Made by a program: the position numbers and the translations under genes. From positions 1-19,570 of the forward strand of contig CBFFSA010000084.1 of the NCBI GenBank assembly GCA_965644495.1: DNA of 19,570 bases, given 5' to 3'. The stretch is from Perkinsela sp. CCAP 1560/9. Taxonomy: Eukaryota > Protista > Euglenozoa: Kinetoplastea. Of this stretch, positions 17,891-19,570 are shown one piece after another. The notes under the pieces were generated by a model. It searched no databases. It was not told the DNA's origin and was given only the letters and a program-made list of their open reading frames with translations. How positions within the stretch are numbered: position 1 is the first letter of the stretch; each line of letters starts with the position of its first letter.

Positions 17891-18041
17891 TTATTGACTA
17901 TGCCAGTTTTCAATGCCAGTTACAATGTCTAATGTCATGGCAATACCTGCAAGGATTATGTTGAATAGCAAGAACATCCAGTATTCTTTTCTTCTTGCCC
18001 TACCTTTAAAATCTGCGTACTGCTTTTAAATACCATTTCAT
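17891..18041 (-). pseudogene. DUF805 paralog remnant (frameshifted, truncated)
   Basis: The minus strand reads MKWYLK, then after a frameshift QYADFKGRARRKEYWMFLLFNIILAGIAMTLDIVTGIENWHSQ*. The RRLHD half is missing. Confidence 0.8.
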
Positions 18042-18258
18042 ATTAGTGTTTCTGGTTGGTTTTCCTACTCGTGTGGCTTTTCGGTTCCGCCCTGTTTATT
18101 CATGGTTTCCTATCTCCATGAATTTTAAACTAAAGTAGAATTATGTTAAAACAATTTTAGGGTTGAATTGACGGATGCCCATTTTGATCTGATGAATAGC
18201 CGATTTCAGCAAAAATTTTGTTTTTTAGCTACCTTTAAAGACTGATAATATTTAAGGA

Positions 18259-19570
18259 TTGATTTCAAAGACCACCATAGATCAAGTTTATGAGACCGCC
18301 CGTTTGGAAGAGGTGATTGGCGATTTTGTACAATTGAAGAAATCTGGCTCCAATTTTAAAGGCCTGAGCCCTTTTACGGATGAGCGTACCCCTAGTTTTA
18401 TGGTTTCTCCAGTGAAACAAATATGGAAGGACTTTAGTAGTGGAAAGGGAGGGAATGTGGTTGCTTTTTTAATGGAGCATGAGCATTTTACCTATCCTGA
18501 AGCCATTAAGTACCTGGCCAAAAAATACAATATAGAGTTAGAGGAGACCGAACAGACCAATGAGGAAAAAGAACAGGCCAACGAACGAGAAAGCATGTAT
18601 TTGGTCTCTGAATTTGCACAAAAGAACTTTGCGGAGACACTGTGGTCAACCGAACCAGGCAAAGCAATTGCCCATTCCTATTTTAAGGAAAGGGGATTTA
18701 CGGACGGGACGATAAAAAAGTTTGGTCTTGGTTATAGTTTGGATGAATGGGAGGCGTTTACCAAGTCTGCGATAGATCAGGGATACCAATTGGAGTTTTT
18801 GGAGAAAACAGGTTTGACCATTGTTAAAGAGCAAACTGGAGGTGAAGACAGGAGATTTGACCGATTTAAGGGCAGGGTCATGTTTCCTATCCATTCTATG
18901 AGTGGGCGTGTGCTAGGCTTCGGAGGGCGTATCCTCACGAGTGATAAAAAAGCGGCCAAATACCTAAATTCCCCTGAAAGCGAGATTTACCACAAAAGCA
19001 AGGTATTGTATGGTATCTATTATGCCAAACAGGCCATTGCCAAAGAAGACAATTGTTATTTGGTGGAAGGGTATACCGATGTTATCCAATTCTATCAAAA
19101 AGGTGTGGAAAATGTGGTTTCGTCCAGTGGTACTGCCTTGACACCAGAACAGATTAGGTTGATCAATAGGCTTACTAAAAATATTACTGTACTCTTTGAT
19201 GGCGATGCAGCTGGATTACGAGCCTCGTTACGAGGAATAGATCTGATTCTGGAACAGGGTATGAACGTAAAAGTGTGCTCTTTCCCTGAAGGGGAAGATC
19301 CGGATAGTTTTGCCAAAACCAATACCTATGAGGACTTAGTGTTGTACCTCGAAGAAAACGCCAAGGATTTTATTCAGTTTAAGACTTCACTGTTAGCGGA
19401 AGAGGCTGCCAACGACCCCATAAAAAGAGCAGACACCGTTAGGGACATTGTTAATAGTATCAGCAAGATACCAGACCAGATAAAACGAGAGATTTATATT
19501 CAAGAATGTGCAAAAATAATGCACATTTCCGAGGAAGTGTTATATAACACGCTTGCCCAAATCAACAAAA
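18259..19570 (+). CDS. dnaG: DNA primase DnaG (runs off the window end)
   Basis: Not in the ORF track because there is no stop. TTG start gives MISKTTIDQVYETARLEEVIGDFVQLKKSGSNFKGLSPF..., followed by DRFKGRVMFPI, GFGGR, KYLNSPE, VEGYTDV, Toprim LFDGDAAG and GEDPDS. Confidence 0.96.
   Translation, partial: MISKTTIDQVYETARLEEVIGDFVQLKKSGSNFKGLSPFTDERTPSFMVSPVKQIWKDFSSGKGGNVVAFLMEHEHFTYPEAIKYLAKKYNIELEETEQTNEEKEQANERESMYLVSEFAQKNFAETLWSTEPGKAIAHSYFKERGFTDGTIKKFGLGYSLDEWEAFTKSAIDQGYQLEFLEKTGLTIVKEQTGGEDRRFDRFKGRVMFPIHSMSGRVLGFGGRILTSDKKAAKYLNSPESEIYHKSKVLYGIYYAKQAIAKEDNCYLVEGYTDVIQFYQKGVENVVSSSGTALTPEQIRLINRLTKNITVLFDGDAAGLRASLRGIDLILEQGMNVKVCSFPEGEDPDSFAKTNTYEDLVLYLEENAKDFIQFKTSLLAEEAANDPIKRADTVRDIVNSISKIPDQIKREIYIQECAKIMHISEEVLYNTLAQINK

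Noticed and set aside
12280-18237. Bacteroidetes housekeeping -7 promoter boxes (TATCTTTA before rlmN, TACTTTTA before the prenyltransferase, TACCTTTA before dnaG)
   Set aside because: Each is one mismatch from TAnnTTTG and well placed, but they are short AT-rich motifs without convincing -33 elements, so they were not called as features.
11787-19322. Antisense and alternative-frame ORFs overlapping the bacterial genes
   Set aside because: They are shadow ORFs of well-supported genes (queA, rlmN, prenyltransferase, ECF module, dnaG).

Overview
The window has two parts that meet inside a gene at about 11,461. Bases 1-11,460 look like eukaryotic (protist-like) nuclear DNA. They hold four same-strand, apparently intronless paralogous leucine-rich-repeat (LRR) genes and a nest of DNA transposons. 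The nest comprises a ~5.7 kb block bounded by long inverted repeats, a complete but decayed pogo-like DD35D element, and a CTC-terminated TA-flanked element with two different MITEs inserted at the mirror-image TA of its two terminal inverted repeats (TIRs). Bases ~11,461-19,570 are ordinary gene-dense Flavobacteriaceae-type chromosome: 5'-truncated queA, rlmN, a polyprenyl synthase, an ECF sigma / putative anti-sigma / outer-membrane barrel module, a zinc-ribbon protein, DUF805 plus a DUF805 remnant, and dnaG running off the end. The junction is either a chimeric assembly (the more likely explanation) or a recent inter-kingdom DNA fusion; sequence alone cannot decide. All alignments were done by eye and no database searches were run.
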